DNA from: Owenweeksia sp.
Lineage (GTDB): Bacteria > Bacteroidota > Bacteroidia > Flavobacteriales > Schleiferiaceae
Assembly: GCA_048267305.1 (NCBI GenBank)
Contig: JBLWXT010000011.1
Span: 65,453-129,452 of the forward strand
Direction: 5' to 3'
Length of the DNA: 64,000 nucleotides
The notes below the pieces were generated by a model. The model was given only the letters and a program-made list of their open reading frames with translations, did no database searches and was not told the origin of the DNA. Shown in pieces: positions 11,254-21,158 of the stretch (its first letter is position 1; the number at the start of each line of letters is the position of its first letter). The position numbers and the translations under genes are program-made.

Positions 11254-13602
11254 TCAGAAAGGATATCCTAAGGCGATGTTGTAGGTGAGGTTTTTGGGAA
11301 CGTTACGGGTTAAAATCACCCACTCATCTCCCAGGGATATCAAGCCCGGATCACGCACCTTTACACCAACATCAAATCGTATTACAAAAAAGTCAAAATC
11401 CAGGCGGAGGCCAATACCAGAGCCAATTGCGAATTCATTTAAAAGGTCTTCAATCTTAATATCTGTATTTTCGGTTTCCAGTCCACCGGAGTACCAAACG
11501 TTGCCGGCATCAACAAAAATAGCGCCTTGCAAAAGGGAAAATATGGGAAAGCGATATTCAGAATTAAATAGAATTTTAAAGGTTCCCGTGGCAAAGCCTA
11601 ACGATTGTCCTTCGGAATAATTGGTATTTGGAGTAACACCTGCACCCAAACGGTAAGGAGTCCACGCTCTCAGATCATTACTTCCGCCCATATAAAAGTA
11701 CTTGGAGAAGGGCGGTATCCTGGCAAAACCTGTATCGGTGGCAATCTTACTGTTTCCGTAAGGAAGTATATAGCCAGAGTAAACCCGGTTTACCCAGGCT
11801 CTTTTTTTACCCAGATTCCATTGGTAACGCCCATCCACCTCTAACTTCAGGTATTGGAAATACTGTACGTCAAAGATACTTCTCGAGCCATTGTCCAGCG
11901 GTTTGCCAATACTGGTCCAGTCATCAATTTTGCCTAAAATGAATCCGGCAGGTTCAATCATGGCTTTCAGATATCGGGGATTGGCCCATTTACTATCCAG
12001 CTGCTCATTGATAATATAGGTCCATCTGAATGTAGAAATAAACTCACTGGTAAACGCTCTTCGCTGAATATCAGAGAGGGCAAGTAAAAAGAGGTCGTTT
12101 TCATTGGAAACCTGAGAATAGGTAAGGTCGGCAACCTCAAAACTATGAGATTTGCGCCTTGACTCACGCAGACTATAGGATAACTTCCCCCCAAAGGTAT
12201 TACGGTCAAACTCTATCCTTTCTAAAAAGTTGTAATAAACCGACACTCTGGATTTGGGCTGCATCCTTTTAGGAAAAAGACCTACTGTATTGAAGGGGAG
12301 CAACCATCTGGGGAAATCCAGACTTATTTCGCCTCCCAGTTCGAGGGTGCGGGTTGCATCGGTACCGGTTACGGTGCTATCTGCAGAGGGGTAAAACTGA
12401 AGTCCAGCGTTAAAACGAATTTCCAAAGCTTCTCCAGCGCCAAAAACGTTTCTATCTATCCAGCCCACACTACCGTTTAACCCAGGTTTGGTTGTGCTGT
12501 TGAAGGTGAGTTCAGGCTCCAGTATCAGTGTTCGCTTATCAAGTGGGGTAAGGTTTACGTAGGCATTTAGAGTTGGCCCGATTGAGTCTTCCGGCCCGTT
12601 TTCAAAGTTTATCTGGGTAAGCCTGAATGCTTTATAGCCCACCAGGTGACTGTAGGTATCTTTTACATTTTGTTCATTGTATTTGGAGCCATGTTTAAAA
12701 TGGATGGCATCTGTAATGTATCGCGGCTTGTATTGTAAAGTATCATATACATACTGATAACGCTGAAACTCCAAGGTGTCATCAGGTTCATTGTTAGTTC
12801 TTATATCCAGGTCGGGCCTTATATAAACTTTATTGATTCTATAAGTTTGATGATCGCGATAAGCCACGGTATCTCCAATATCCACCTGGCGTTGAGCAAC
12901 TATCATTTTAATATTCACCAGGTTGCCAGGCAGTAAGGTATCTACCGAAAAGGTGATAAAGTTTTTAGAAAAATTGTAAAAACCTTCATTTCTAAAAAAC
13001 TGAGCAAGCCTGCTTCGTTCTGCTTCCAGTTTTTCAGCATCATAGGGGTCTCCTTTCTTTAGCAGGCTATCCTTTTTTGTGATGAAGTTAATAAGGTTCT
13101 CAATTTGCTTTGTTTCTACGTCCTTGGAGAGCTCATTTATATAATACCGCTGGCCGGTATTTACAGTGTAGGTTACCTCGGCCTTTTTAGAGTTTCTCCT
13201 TAGGGAGTCTATTTGGTAAGAAGATGTAGCATTAAAGTAGCCCTTGTTGAAATACCAGTTTTGCAACTGAATGGCACCACGGGCCACTTTACCTGTATCC
13301 AGAATTACGGGAGCACTGCCTACCCTTGAGAAGAAGTTGCTGTCTCTGTTGTTTCCCCAGTTATACAAACCAAGACTGGGAGCCACGTAAAATCCAAAAT
13401 GCGGAGCCACTACCCAAAATCCCGGGTTGGGCTGCTGTTTAAGGATGTCTTCAGCTTCCTCTGGTGCACCTTTTTCCTCGTTTACCACGATGGTGCTTTG
13501 CATAAGCAAGAGCTTGCCGTCCGGAACATACTTGGTATAACTACAAGAATGAAGGGCAAGGAAAACCAGCGGGAAAAAGATTATGTAGAGCTTTTTTACC
13601 AA
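11254..13602 (-). CDS. BamA/TamA (Omp85) family outer-membrane protein
   Basis: 782 aa with a signal/lipobox (LALHSC). POTRA-like N-terminal half, C-terminal surface-antigen barrel, ending in the aromatic residues ...ALGYPF. Confidence 0.8.
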   Translation of the reverse strand: MVKKLYIIFFPLVFLALHSCSYTKYVPDGKLLLMQSTIVVNEEKGAPEEAEDILKQQPNPGFWVVAPHFGFYVAPSLGLYNWGNNRDSNFFSRVGSAPVILDTGKVARGAIQLQNWYFNKGYFNATSSYQIDSLRRNSKKAEVTYTVNTGQRYYINELSKDVETKQIENLINFITKKDSLLKKGDPYDAEKLEAERSRLAQFFRNEGFYNFSKNFITFSVDTLLPGNLVNIKMIVAQRQVDIGDTVAYRDHQTYRINKVYIRPDLDIRTNNEPDDTLEFQRYQYVYDTLQYKPRYITDAIHFKHGSKYNEQNVKDTYSHLVGYKAFRLTQINFENGPEDSIGPTLNAYVNLTPLDKRTLILEPELTFNSTTKPGLNGSVGWIDRNVFGAGEALEIRFNAGLQFYPSADSTVTGTDATRTLELGGEISLDFPRWLLPFNTVGLFPKRMQPKSRVSVYYNFLERIEFDRNTFGGKLSYSLRESRRKSHSFEVADLTYSQVSNENDLFLLALSDIQRRAFTSEFISTFRWTYIINEQLDSKWANPRYLKAMIEPAGFILGKIDDWTSIGKPLDNGSRSIFDVQYFQYLKLEVDGRYQWNLGKKRAWVNRVYSGYILPYGNSKIATDTGFARIPPFSKYFYMGGSNDLRAWTPYRLGAGVTPNTNYSEGQSLGFATGTFKILFNSEYRFPIFSLLQGAIFVDAGNVWYSGGLETENTDIKIEDLLNEFAIGSGIGLRLDFDFFVIRFDVGVKVRDPGLISLGDEWVILTRNVPKNLTYNIALGYPF

Positions 13603-13643
13603 GTTTGCAGGCGCGAATTATAAATGTGCAAATGTAAAAGGAT

Positions 13644-14357
13644 ATGTTGTCTCGCTCTCAGCAAAAGTTATTGAGAAAACTGGCTTCCAAAAAGTATCGT
13701 CAACAGTACAGATTATTTGTTGCCGAAGGTAGAAAGGTGGTGGGTGAAATGCTCGCGGAAGGCCTGATTCCGGAGATGTTGATTGCTACTCCCGATTCTG
13801 ATCTTGCCGAAAAGGCAACCATTGTAACCCCCGAAGAACTTAAGGATTTAACGAACCTTGAGACGGCAGATGAAGTGATCGGGGTTTTTCCTTTTCCTGA
13901 AATCGTTGTGGCAACAGGAAATACTATCGTAGTTTTAGATGGTATAAAAGACCCTGGAAACTTAGGCACCATTATAAGAACCTGCGATTGGTTTGGAGTA
14001 AGCGAGGTGTATTGCAGTGTTGGTACCACCGATATTTACAACGCTAAAACGGTGCAGAGTACTATGGGCAGCATTGTGCGGGTAAAGGTTAGCTATCTCA
14101 CAAATGAGGAAATCCATGCCGCTTTAAGGCTAAGTGAGGCAGAGGTGCTTTGCGCAGATATGAATGGGCAGTCTTTTACCGACTTTAAACCAGCTGGAAA
14201 AACAGCCATTGTAATGGGAAGCGAGTCTCATGGTCCATCTGATTTTTGGAAGGAAAAGGCGAAGGCAATTACAATTCCCCGCAAGGGTAGCTCAAAAACC
14301 GAAAGCCTAAACGTAGGTGTGGCAGCCGGAATTTTAATAGCTCACCTGAGTAGTTAA
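13644..14357 (+). CDS. TrmH/SpoU-family RNA 2'-O-methyltransferase
   Basis: 237 aa. SpoU motifs are present (DGIKDPGNLGTIIRT, IVMGSESHG, ESLNVGVAAGI). Confidence 0.85.
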   Translation: MLSRSQQKLLRKLASKKYRQQYRLFVAEGRKVVGEMLAEGLIPEMLIATPDSDLAEKATIVTPEELKDLTNLETADEVIGVFPFPEIVVATGNTIVVLDGIKDPGNLGTIIRTCDWFGVSEVYCSVGTTDIYNAKTVQSTMGSIVRVKVSYLTNEEIHAALRLSEAEVLCADMNGQSFTDFKPAGKTAIVMGSESHGPSDFWKEKAKAITIPRKGSSKTESLNVGVAAGILIAHLSS

Positions 14358-14358
14358 T

Positions 14359-15219
14359 TCAGGTTTGGGCCAAACGGCCATTTTTGCGTTTATGAGCCTT
14401 AAAGAGTACATTTAGTATTACTCCACCCAAAACCATGGCGATGCCCAATAAAGCTACGGGCTGATATACAACCTTAAATATGAGGAGGTCAAAACCCAGT
14501 GCGAAAATGATCCCTAAATATTTGAGGCTGGTGATTTCGTTTACTTCAGCATTTTGGAGGGCCTTGGTCATATACACCTGCGCGATTTGCGTTAAAATGC
14601 CCATTAATAAGAGCAAGGCCCATTCCCAACCGATTGGAGTTACCCAATTAAATAGAGAGATAAACGCCATTACCGGGGTGGCAATTAAAGGGAAGTAGAA
14701 AACCACAACAAGCGGGTGGTCAGTATCTTTTACTTTACGGATGCAATTGTAGGCCAGGCCGGCAAACATGGCTGAAGTTATACCCATTATGAAAAGCTTC
14801 ATGTCAATATTTGGATCAAAACCCTTAATAAGGGCAATGCCGCCAAATGATACCAAAAAGAAGAGCCATTGTACTTTATACATTTTTTCGCCCAGCATAA
14901 AAATAGCGAAGAAGGCTGTAAAAATGGGGGATAGGTACTGTATGGTTATGGCCGAGCCTAAGGGCATTTTCTGTAGGGTGTAAAAGAACATGGTGAGCGC
15001 TATAACCCCAAATACTCCTCTTAAAATCAAATACTTTTTCTGATTTCCAAAGAGTGGGATATTCCTCTTTTTTAAAAAGTAAAAACAGATGGAGAGAGAA
15101 ATAATGCTCCTGAAAAGTACCAGTTCAGTGGCGGGAAGGCGATCCAGAAATTTCACCGTAAGGTTCATCAGGGCAAAGCCTACTACGGAAATCAGCATGT
15201 AGCCGAGGGCCTTATTCAT
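14359..15219 (-). CDS. EamA/DMT-family transporter
   Basis: 286 aa with 10 predicted TM helices arranged as two EamA repeats. Confidence 0.85.
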   Translation of the reverse strand: MNKALGYMLISVVGFALMNLTVKFLDRLPATELVLFRSIISLSICFYFLKKRNIPLFGNQKKYLILRGVFGVIALTMFFYTLQKMPLGSAITIQYLSPIFTAFFAIFMLGEKMYKVQWLFFLVSFGGIALIKGFDPNIDMKLFIMGITSAMFAGLAYNCIRKVKDTDHPLVVVFYFPLIATPVMAFISLFNWVTPIGWEWALLLLMGILTQIAQVYMTKALQNAEVNEITSLKYLGIIFALGFDLLIFKVVYQPVALLGIAMVLGGVILNVLFKAHKRKNGRLAQT

Positions 15220-15290
15220 TGTGCAATGTATGTTGTAAATTGTACAATGATGGCCGTGCGATGGGGTTTGTCAGTATACATTGTAAAGCT

Positions 15291-16355
15291 TCAAAACCAG
15301 CCTCTTCGCTTAAAAATAAAGAGCATCCCTCCGGCAACAAGGGCCACCACTCCCCAAAATGCAGGATAGGCATAGCGATAGTCGAGCTCGGGGAAGTGTG
15401 TGAAATTGGTTCCGTAAACCCCGGCAAAGAATGAAAGCGGAATGAAGATGGCCGAGAATATGGTGAGTACTTTCATAATCTCATTCATTTTATAACTCAC
15501 ATTGGAGTGGTAAATCTGAATGTAGTCGTTAAGCACTGTTCGGTAGGTTTCAACAGATTCAACGGCATGGGTGACAAGTCCGGCCAAATCCTTGTAAAAG
15601 GGCAACACCTTGTTTTTCTTTATATAAGGAGTTTGAGATTTGAGGAGTTTTATCATCAACTCATTTACCGGCCTTACCACTTTTAATATAAAGTGAAGTT
15701 CACGTTTAAAGTTGTTTATCAGCCGCAGCACATCGTCATCCGGGTCTTCCAATACCTGTAGTTCGAGGTCGTCTATTTTCTCCCCAATGTTTTCAATTAA
15801 ATAGATATAATTATCTACAATACTGTCAACCAAGGCATAGGCCAAATAGTCGGGCCCGTTTTTTCGCACATTGCCCTTGGCGTTTTTTATGCGTTCGCGG
15901 ATGGGGTCAAAAGTATCTCCGGGTTCCTCCTGAAAAGTGATTAATGAAGAATCCTTAATTACCATGCTTACCTGCTCGGATGTTACGCGCATTGTTTTTT
16001 CATTAAAACGCAACATCTTCAGGGTAATAAACGCGAAGTCATCAAACTCTTCAAATTTGGCACGTTGTCCGGTATTCATAATATCCTCCATGGCCAGAGG
16101 ATGTATGTTGAGCTGGGTTTGCATATCATTCATAAACTGCACATTGTCCAGCCCCGTGATGTTGTACCACTGGTTTCTTTGAGGGTCGTTGCGCGGCACA
16201 TTTTCTGCCTTTATAAACTCCCCGGTAGATAGCTCATTAAGATTATAGGAAAGGTACTCAACGGTTGGCTGCTCCACTTTCTTAGTGCCAATAAAAACAA
16301 GGCTGCCAGGCGCTAAGCCTCGGTTTTCAGTACGCTTTTTAAAAAATCTTGCCAT
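15291..16355 (-). CDS. corA: CorA-family Mg2+/Co2+ transporter (GTN variant of the GMN motif)
   Basis: CorA architecture with two C-terminal TM helices and the loop motif YGTNF. I prefer the ATG at 16355 (MARFFKKR...) over the upstream ATG at 16403. Confidence 0.85.
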   Translation of the reverse strand: MARFFKKRTENRGLAPGSLVFIGTKKVEQPTVEYLSYNLNELSTGEFIKAENVPRNDPQRNQWYNITGLDNVQFMNDMQTQLNIHPLAMEDIMNTGQRAKFEEFDDFAFITLKMLRFNEKTMRVTSEQVSMVIKDSSLITFQEEPGDTFDPIRERIKNAKGNVRKNGPDYLAYALVDSIVDNYIYLIENIGEKIDDLELQVLEDPDDDVLRLINNFKRELHFILKVVRPVNELMIKLLKSQTPYIKKNKVLPFYKDLAGLVTHAVESVETYRTVLNDYIQIYHSNVSYKMNEIMKVLTIFSAIFIPLSFFAGVYGTNFTHFPELDYRYAYPAFWGVVALVAGGMLFIFKRRGWF

Positions 16356-16478
16356 TTTTTTTGAGTTTGGAATGGGGAGTAAGGAGTGCATTATGACATG
16401 CATCGAAGTTATGTAATTGGAGATAGAGGTGTGTAAGAATTACCGGAATTCTGCTTACTTATTACTCCCTATTCCAAA

Positions 16479-17597
16479 CTAGTCTACCCAGTCAGCAATA
16501 AACAAATTGGTGTTTCTGTTTCCGCCATTAAACCTGTTGGAGGAGAAGATCAACTTTTTGCCATCGTAGCTAAACATAGGGAATGAGTCGAATTGCTCGT
16601 CAAAGGTGATTTGCTCCAGTCCAGTTCCGTCCACATTTATCATGTATAGATTAAAAGGAAATCCTCGTTCTGATTGGTGATTTGAAGAGAACACGATTTT
16701 TTCACCGGAAGGGTGAAAGAATGGCGCCCAGTTGGCATTTCCTAAATTGGTAACCTGCTTTAGATCTGAGCCATCAACATTACAAACGTATAATTCCATG
16801 TTTGTAGGTTTCACTAAGCCGCGGGCCAATAGTTCCTTGTATTCCTTTACCTCTTCATCCGTTTTTGGTCTTGATGCTCTAAAAACCAGTTTTGTTCCAT
16901 CGGGTGAAAAGAAAGCTCCGCCATCATATCCTAAACCATTGGTTACTTGCTTTTGGTTTGAGCCATCAATGTCCATGGTCCAAAGTTCAAGGTCGCCACT
17001 GCGGGTAGAGGTAAATACAATTTTATCGCCTTGTGGGGAAATAGTTGCTTCTGCATCATAACCTGGTGAATTGGTAAGTTGCTTCTTGATGTTGCCTTTT
17101 AGGTCGGCCACAAAAATGTCGAAGCTCTCATAAATCGGCCAAACGTAACCTTCTTCGCGGCTGGGTTCTGGTGGGCAGGCTTCACCGCCCAAATGTGTAC
17201 TCCCGTAAAGGATGGTTGTATCGCCAGGCATAAAATAGCTGCAGGTTGTTCTTCCTTTTCCTGTGCTCACCATTTGTGGAGCTTTTGCCATCATGTTGTT
17301 ATTCTCAATGTCAAAGTAAAAAATCTGGTCGCACTCCACTCCCCACGCTTTGTTGTTAGATTGAAACACGGCCATTTTATCATTAAATGAAAAGTAGGCT
17401 TCGGCATTGTCTCCGCCATTGGTAAGCATCCTAATGTTTTTAAGATGTGATTCACCTTCAAGGGCCAGGGTGTCTGCAGTGGTTTCCACTTTGTTGGAAT
17501 CGCTTGAATTTTCTGTAGAGGTGGTTTCTTGAGCTTGCTGACAGGCTACGGCAGATATTAGAAGTAAGGCTGAAAGAGCCGAGTTGTAAAATTTCAT
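16479..17597 (-). CDS. PD40/TolB-like beta-propeller repeat lipoprotein
   Basis: 372 aa with a signal peptide (ISAVAC). It has repeated PD40 units (SPDG.K..F.S.R.G...L...). Confidence 0.8.
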   Translation of the reverse strand: MKFYNSALSALLLISAVACQQAQETTSTENSSDSNKVETTADTLALEGESHLKNIRMLTNGGDNAEAYFSFNDKMAVFQSNNKAWGVECDQIFYFDIENNNMMAKAPQMVSTGKGRTTCSYFMPGDTTILYGSTHLGGEACPPEPSREEGYVWPIYESFDIFVADLKGNIKKQLTNSPGYDAEATISPQGDKIVFTSTRSGDLELWTMDIDGSNQKQVTNGLGYDGGAFFSPDGTKLVFRASRPKTDEEVKEYKELLARGLVKPTNMELYVCNVDGSDLKQVTNLGNANWAPFFHPSGEKIVFSSNHQSERGFPFNLYMINVDGTGLEQITFDEQFDSFPMFSYDGKKLIFSSNRFNGGNRNTNLFIADWVD

Positions 17598-17631
17598 TTA
17601 AAACAGTTTATGATAAATTGTGAGTTCGAAA

Positions 17632-17877
17632 TTAGTTATTATCCTTCTTAGGAACAGGGTCAAAGCCATGTGTACCCCAGGGATGGCATTTTGAAAGTCG
17701 TTTCATACCAAGCCATATACCTTTTAGTGGTCCCCAAATTTGGATAGCCTCAATAGTGTATTGTGAGCAAGTGGGGATATGGCGGCAGCTGTTTGGTAAA
17801 AACGGAGAAATTACCCATTGGTAAATTTTCACCAGAAAAATAAAGGGAGCCGATATGATCTTCTTTAGGAGATCCAA
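17632..17877 (-). CDS. yidD: Membrane protein insertion efficiency factor YidD
   Basis: 81 aa with the signature CRH.PTCSQY....I...G...G.......RL.KCHP. Confidence 0.9.
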   Translation of the reverse strand: MDLLKKIISAPFIFLVKIYQWVISPFLPNSCRHIPTCSQYTIEAIQIWGPLKGIWLGMKRLSKCHPWGTHGFDPVPKKDNN

Positions 17878-17881
17878 AACT

Positions 17882-19360
17882 TTAGTTAATGGAATAGCCG
17901 GTTCCGTCTTTACCGTCTTTTAGCTGAATGCCAATGGCGGCCAGCTGGTCGCGCAGGGCGTCAGATAATGCCCAATCCTTATCAGCACGGGCTTTCGCAC
18001 GCATCTCGATCAGCATGTTCATTACATCATCAAGCTTATCATTGCCTTTCTCTTCGGCAATATCCTCCAGCCCCAGTACATCAAAAACAAAGGCATTCAT
18101 TGTTTTCTTAAGTACCTCAAGATCTGCTTCATTTAATCCTGAAGGTCCACCTTGTGCACCATTGATAAACTTTACAGCTTCAAAAAGATGTGCAATAAGA
18201 ATGGGCGTGTTGAAGTCATCATTCATGGCGCTGTAGCAATCCTTTCTCCAGGCCTGCACGTCAAACTGGGTTTGGCCGCCAGCCTCCAGTTTAGCCATAT
18301 TTTTTAAGGCATCCATTAGTCGCAGGTAACCTTTTTCTGCTGCCATTAAGGCATCGTTGCTAAAGTCCAGCTGACTGCCGTAATGAGCCTGCATCATAAA
18401 GAAGCGGGCTACCGTGGCAGGAAAACCTTTCTCCAGTTTATCTGTATCTCCACTAAAAAGTTCTTCCGGCAATAAGGTGTTACCTGTGGATTTACTCATC
18501 CGCTGGCCGTTAAGCGTAAGCATGTTGCCGTGCATCCAATATCTCACAGATTCTTTACCGGTAGTGGCGGTATTTTGCGCTATTTCACATTCGTGATGCG
18601 GAAATTTAAGGTCCATGCCGCCTCCGTGAATATCAAATTGCTCGCCCAGGTATTTTGTGCTCATTACGGAGCACTCAAGATGCCATCCGGGGAAACCCAC
18701 ACTCCATGGTGAGTTCCAGCGCATAATATGGCTGGGAGAGGCTTTTTTCCAAATGGCAAAATCAAGCGGACTGCGTTTTTCTGATTGGCCGTCCAGTTCT
18801 CGCGTTCCGCTAATTAGTTCTTCAATCTTGCGGCCAGAGAGTTTTCCATAGTTGTGATCCTTGTTGTATTTTTCTACATCAAAATATACAGAACCGTTTA
18901 CTTCGTATGCCAGGCCTGCATCTATTATTTTTTTTATGGCGTCAATCTGCTCTACAATATGGCCTGTGGCTGTAGGTTCAATACTTGGTGGGTAGGTGTT
19001 AAATTTTGCCATTACCTCATGGAAACCTAAAGTGTACTTCTGTACAATTTCCATGGGCTCTAACTCTTCCAGGCGTGCCTTTTGGCTGATTTTATCCTCG
19101 CCTTCATCCGCATCATTTTCAAGATGACCGGCATCCGTAATATTGCGCACATAGCGCACCTTATATCCAAGGTGTGTAAGGTAACGATACACCATGTCAA
19201 AGGAAATAAAAGTGCGGCAATTGCCGAGGTGAACATCACTGTAAACGGTTGGTCCGCACACATACATACCCACATTGGGTGCATTTAGCGGTTCAAACTT
19301 TTCCTTTTTTCGCGTAAGCGAATTGTTGATGTACAGATCGTTTTCCTCGTACAGTGCCAT
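17882..19360 (-). CDS. cysS: Cysteine--tRNA ligase
   Basis: 492 aa with class I motifs HLGN and KMSKS. Confidence 0.97.
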   Translation of the reverse strand: MALYEENDLYINNSLTRKKEKFEPLNAPNVGMYVCGPTVYSDVHLGNCRTFISFDMVYRYLTHLGYKVRYVRNITDAGHLENDADEGEDKISQKARLEELEPMEIVQKYTLGFHEVMAKFNTYPPSIEPTATGHIVEQIDAIKKIIDAGLAYEVNGSVYFDVEKYNKDHNYGKLSGRKIEELISGTRELDGQSEKRSPLDFAIWKKASPSHIMRWNSPWSVGFPGWHLECSVMSTKYLGEQFDIHGGGMDLKFPHHECEIAQNTATTGKESVRYWMHGNMLTLNGQRMSKSTGNTLLPEELFSGDTDKLEKGFPATVARFFMMQAHYGSQLDFSNDALMAAEKGYLRLMDALKNMAKLEAGGQTQFDVQAWRKDCYSAMNDDFNTPILIAHLFEAVKFINGAQGGPSGLNEADLEVLKKTMNAFVFDVLGLEDIAEEKGNDKLDDVMNMLIEMRAKARADKDWALSDALRDQLAAIGIQLKDGKDGTGYSIN

Positions 19361-19414
19361 AAGTAATAATGTAATCTAGATGGTTCTACTTAAAATAATG
19401 GAGGCTTAAATCCA

Positions 19415-20107
19415 TTATGCGTCAAAAGTGGTTTTCATATTGATGTAGTCAAGGAAGTCGCGTTTAGCGCCATCAGCCTTAAATTTCCCACCAAATTCGG
19501 CAGTTACCGTACTGCTTTCAATATCGCGAATACCACGTGAGTTTACACAGAGGTGCTTTGCATCTATTACACAAGCTACATCATCAGTGCCTAAAGCCTT
19601 TTGAAGTGATTGTACAATCTGCTTAGTAAGGCGCTCCTGCACCTGTGGGCGCTTGGCGTAATAATCTACAATACGATTCATTTTGCTCAGGCCAATTACT
19701 CTTCCACTTGAAATATAAGCAACATGAGCCCTTCCTACTATCGGCAAAAAGTGATGTTCGCAGGTAGAATATACCACGATGTTTTTCTCCACCAACATTT
19801 CGCCATACTTATACTTGTTGTCGAAAGTGCTGGCACGGGGTTCTTTTTTTGGATCAAGGCCGGCAAAGGTTTCCTTTACAAACATTTTGGCCACGCGCTG
19901 AGGGGTACCTTTCAGGCTGTCATCGGTAAGGTCAAGCCCAAGCGTGTCCATTATCTTTTCAAAATGGCCACGAATGGCCTCAATTTTATCTTCGTCAGAA
20001 AGATCAAATGCATCAAAGCGCATAGGTGTTTGGGCTGATTCAGAAACGTGAGCATCACCCATATCTTCAGACTGAAATGTAATTTCGTTATCGTTAACCT
20101 TACTCAT
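19415..20107 (-). CDS. folE: GTP cyclohydrolase I (FolE type 1)
   Basis: 230 aa with the active-site segment YSTCEHHFLP and QVQERLT. Confidence 0.95.
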   Translation of the reverse strand: MSKVNDNEITFQSEDMGDAHVSESAQTPMRFDAFDLSDEDKIEAIRGHFEKIMDTLGLDLTDDSLKGTPQRVAKMFVKETFAGLDPKKEPRASTFDNKYKYGEMLVEKNIVVYSTCEHHFLPIVGRAHVAYISSGRVIGLSKMNRIVDYYAKRPQVQERLTKQIVQSLQKALGTDDVACVIDAKHLCVNSRGIRDIESSTVTAEFGGKFKADGAKRDFLDYINMKTTFDA

Positions 20108-20171
20108 TCGATTTTTATTAGCTGATAATTAGCTTTTTACTAAGCTATTGCCACAGTTTTATTAAGGTGGC

Positions 20172-20179
20172 CAAAGGTA
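20172..20179 (-). promoter_or_regulatory. Candidate -7 promoter box (TACCTTTG) for folE
   Basis: Exact TAnnTTTG, 65-72 nt upstream of the folE ATG. Confidence 0.3.
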
Positions 20180-20327
20180 GGGCAAAATTGAATGTTGGCA
20201 CTTTGATTTTATTGAATATTGCATTGGTAAAACCTTATACAGTATTGTAGAAGATTTGAAGGGGGGCCAAAGCAGGTGGCTATGCTGATATATTACAAAT
20301 GGAAAAAACAGTTCATCAAAAGTGAAA

Positions 20328-20918
20328 TCAGCGCTTTAGATTTAAGGCGTCACGCTTTAAACGGGCCAGTACTTCTGCCTTTTGCGGAGCCCTGTGCTCT
20401 TTGGAGTAATTGGTCCAGTACTGATGATCCTCCAAAAATTTAATTTGAATGTTTAACCATTGCTTTTCATCAATGTCTTTTCCCGTCATTACGAGTTCGT
20501 CAAGCAGGGTTTTGGAAATAACATCGTAGCTATCGCGTCCCAAGTAATCTAAGTCGGCATCACAAAGTATCATGGCCAAATGAGAGCTGGCTTGTTGGGG
20601 AACTTTTGTGGAGCGAATCATGTCCAATATCAATTGGATTTGCTCTTCACTATAACCATAATCCGGCAGTACATCAGAAGCTATTTTACAACTGGCCTCT
20701 TCATGACCTGCGTAGGTATGTATAAATCCACAGTCGTGATAAGCAGCAGCAGTTAAAAGTATAAGCATATCATCAGCTTCCACATTTTCTGCTTTACCTA
20801 TATATTGTGCTGATTTTATTACATCCAGCGTATGCAACAAGGCATGATACTTTAAGTTGTGGGGCAACTCACTCCTCATCCGGTTGATGATGTAATCCAT
20901 GGCTCCTTCGTGCTCCAT
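20328..20918 (-). CDS. HD-domain phosphohydrolase-like protein
   Basis: 196 aa with an H...HD pattern (YHALLHTLDV ... AAAYHDCGF ... CDADLDYLG). Confidence 0.75.
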   Translation of the reverse strand: MEHEGAMDYIINRMRSELPHNLKYHALLHTLDVIKSAQYIGKAENVEADDMLILLTAAAYHDCGFIHTYAGHEEASCKIASDVLPDYGYSEEQIQLILDMIRSTKVPQQASSHLAMILCDADLDYLGRDSYDVISKTLLDELVMTGKDIDEKQWLNIQIKFLEDHQYWTNYSKEHRAPQKAEVLARLKRDALNLKR

Positions 20919-21158
20919 TAATAAAAACTTGTGATTAGAGTAGAGGGAACCGTCATTTACAACATGCGGATTTGGTAGCTTTTAAGGCTATACAGCTTTG
21001 TGACGAAGCTCCAAAAGACGGTATTTCTAAAGGCATAAGGTTTAAAGGTTTGGACGAGAACCAAAGTTAAAAATATTATCCAATTGACATACGAAATTCC
21101 TTACCTGATTATTAATTGGTAGTAAACAGGCACTTTAAAGACTCTTTTAACAGAGCAA

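Noticed and set aside
16356-16403. N-terminal extensions proposed by the ORF track for corA. The same issue applies to proS (27503), the epimerase gene (31118), the Met-rich lipoprotein (32188), phoH2 (50301), yefM (58008) and the receptor gene (63649).
   Set aside because: Internal ATGs give family-typical N-termini or proper signal peptides. In several cases a -7 promoter box or a neighbouring gene lies inside the proposed extension.
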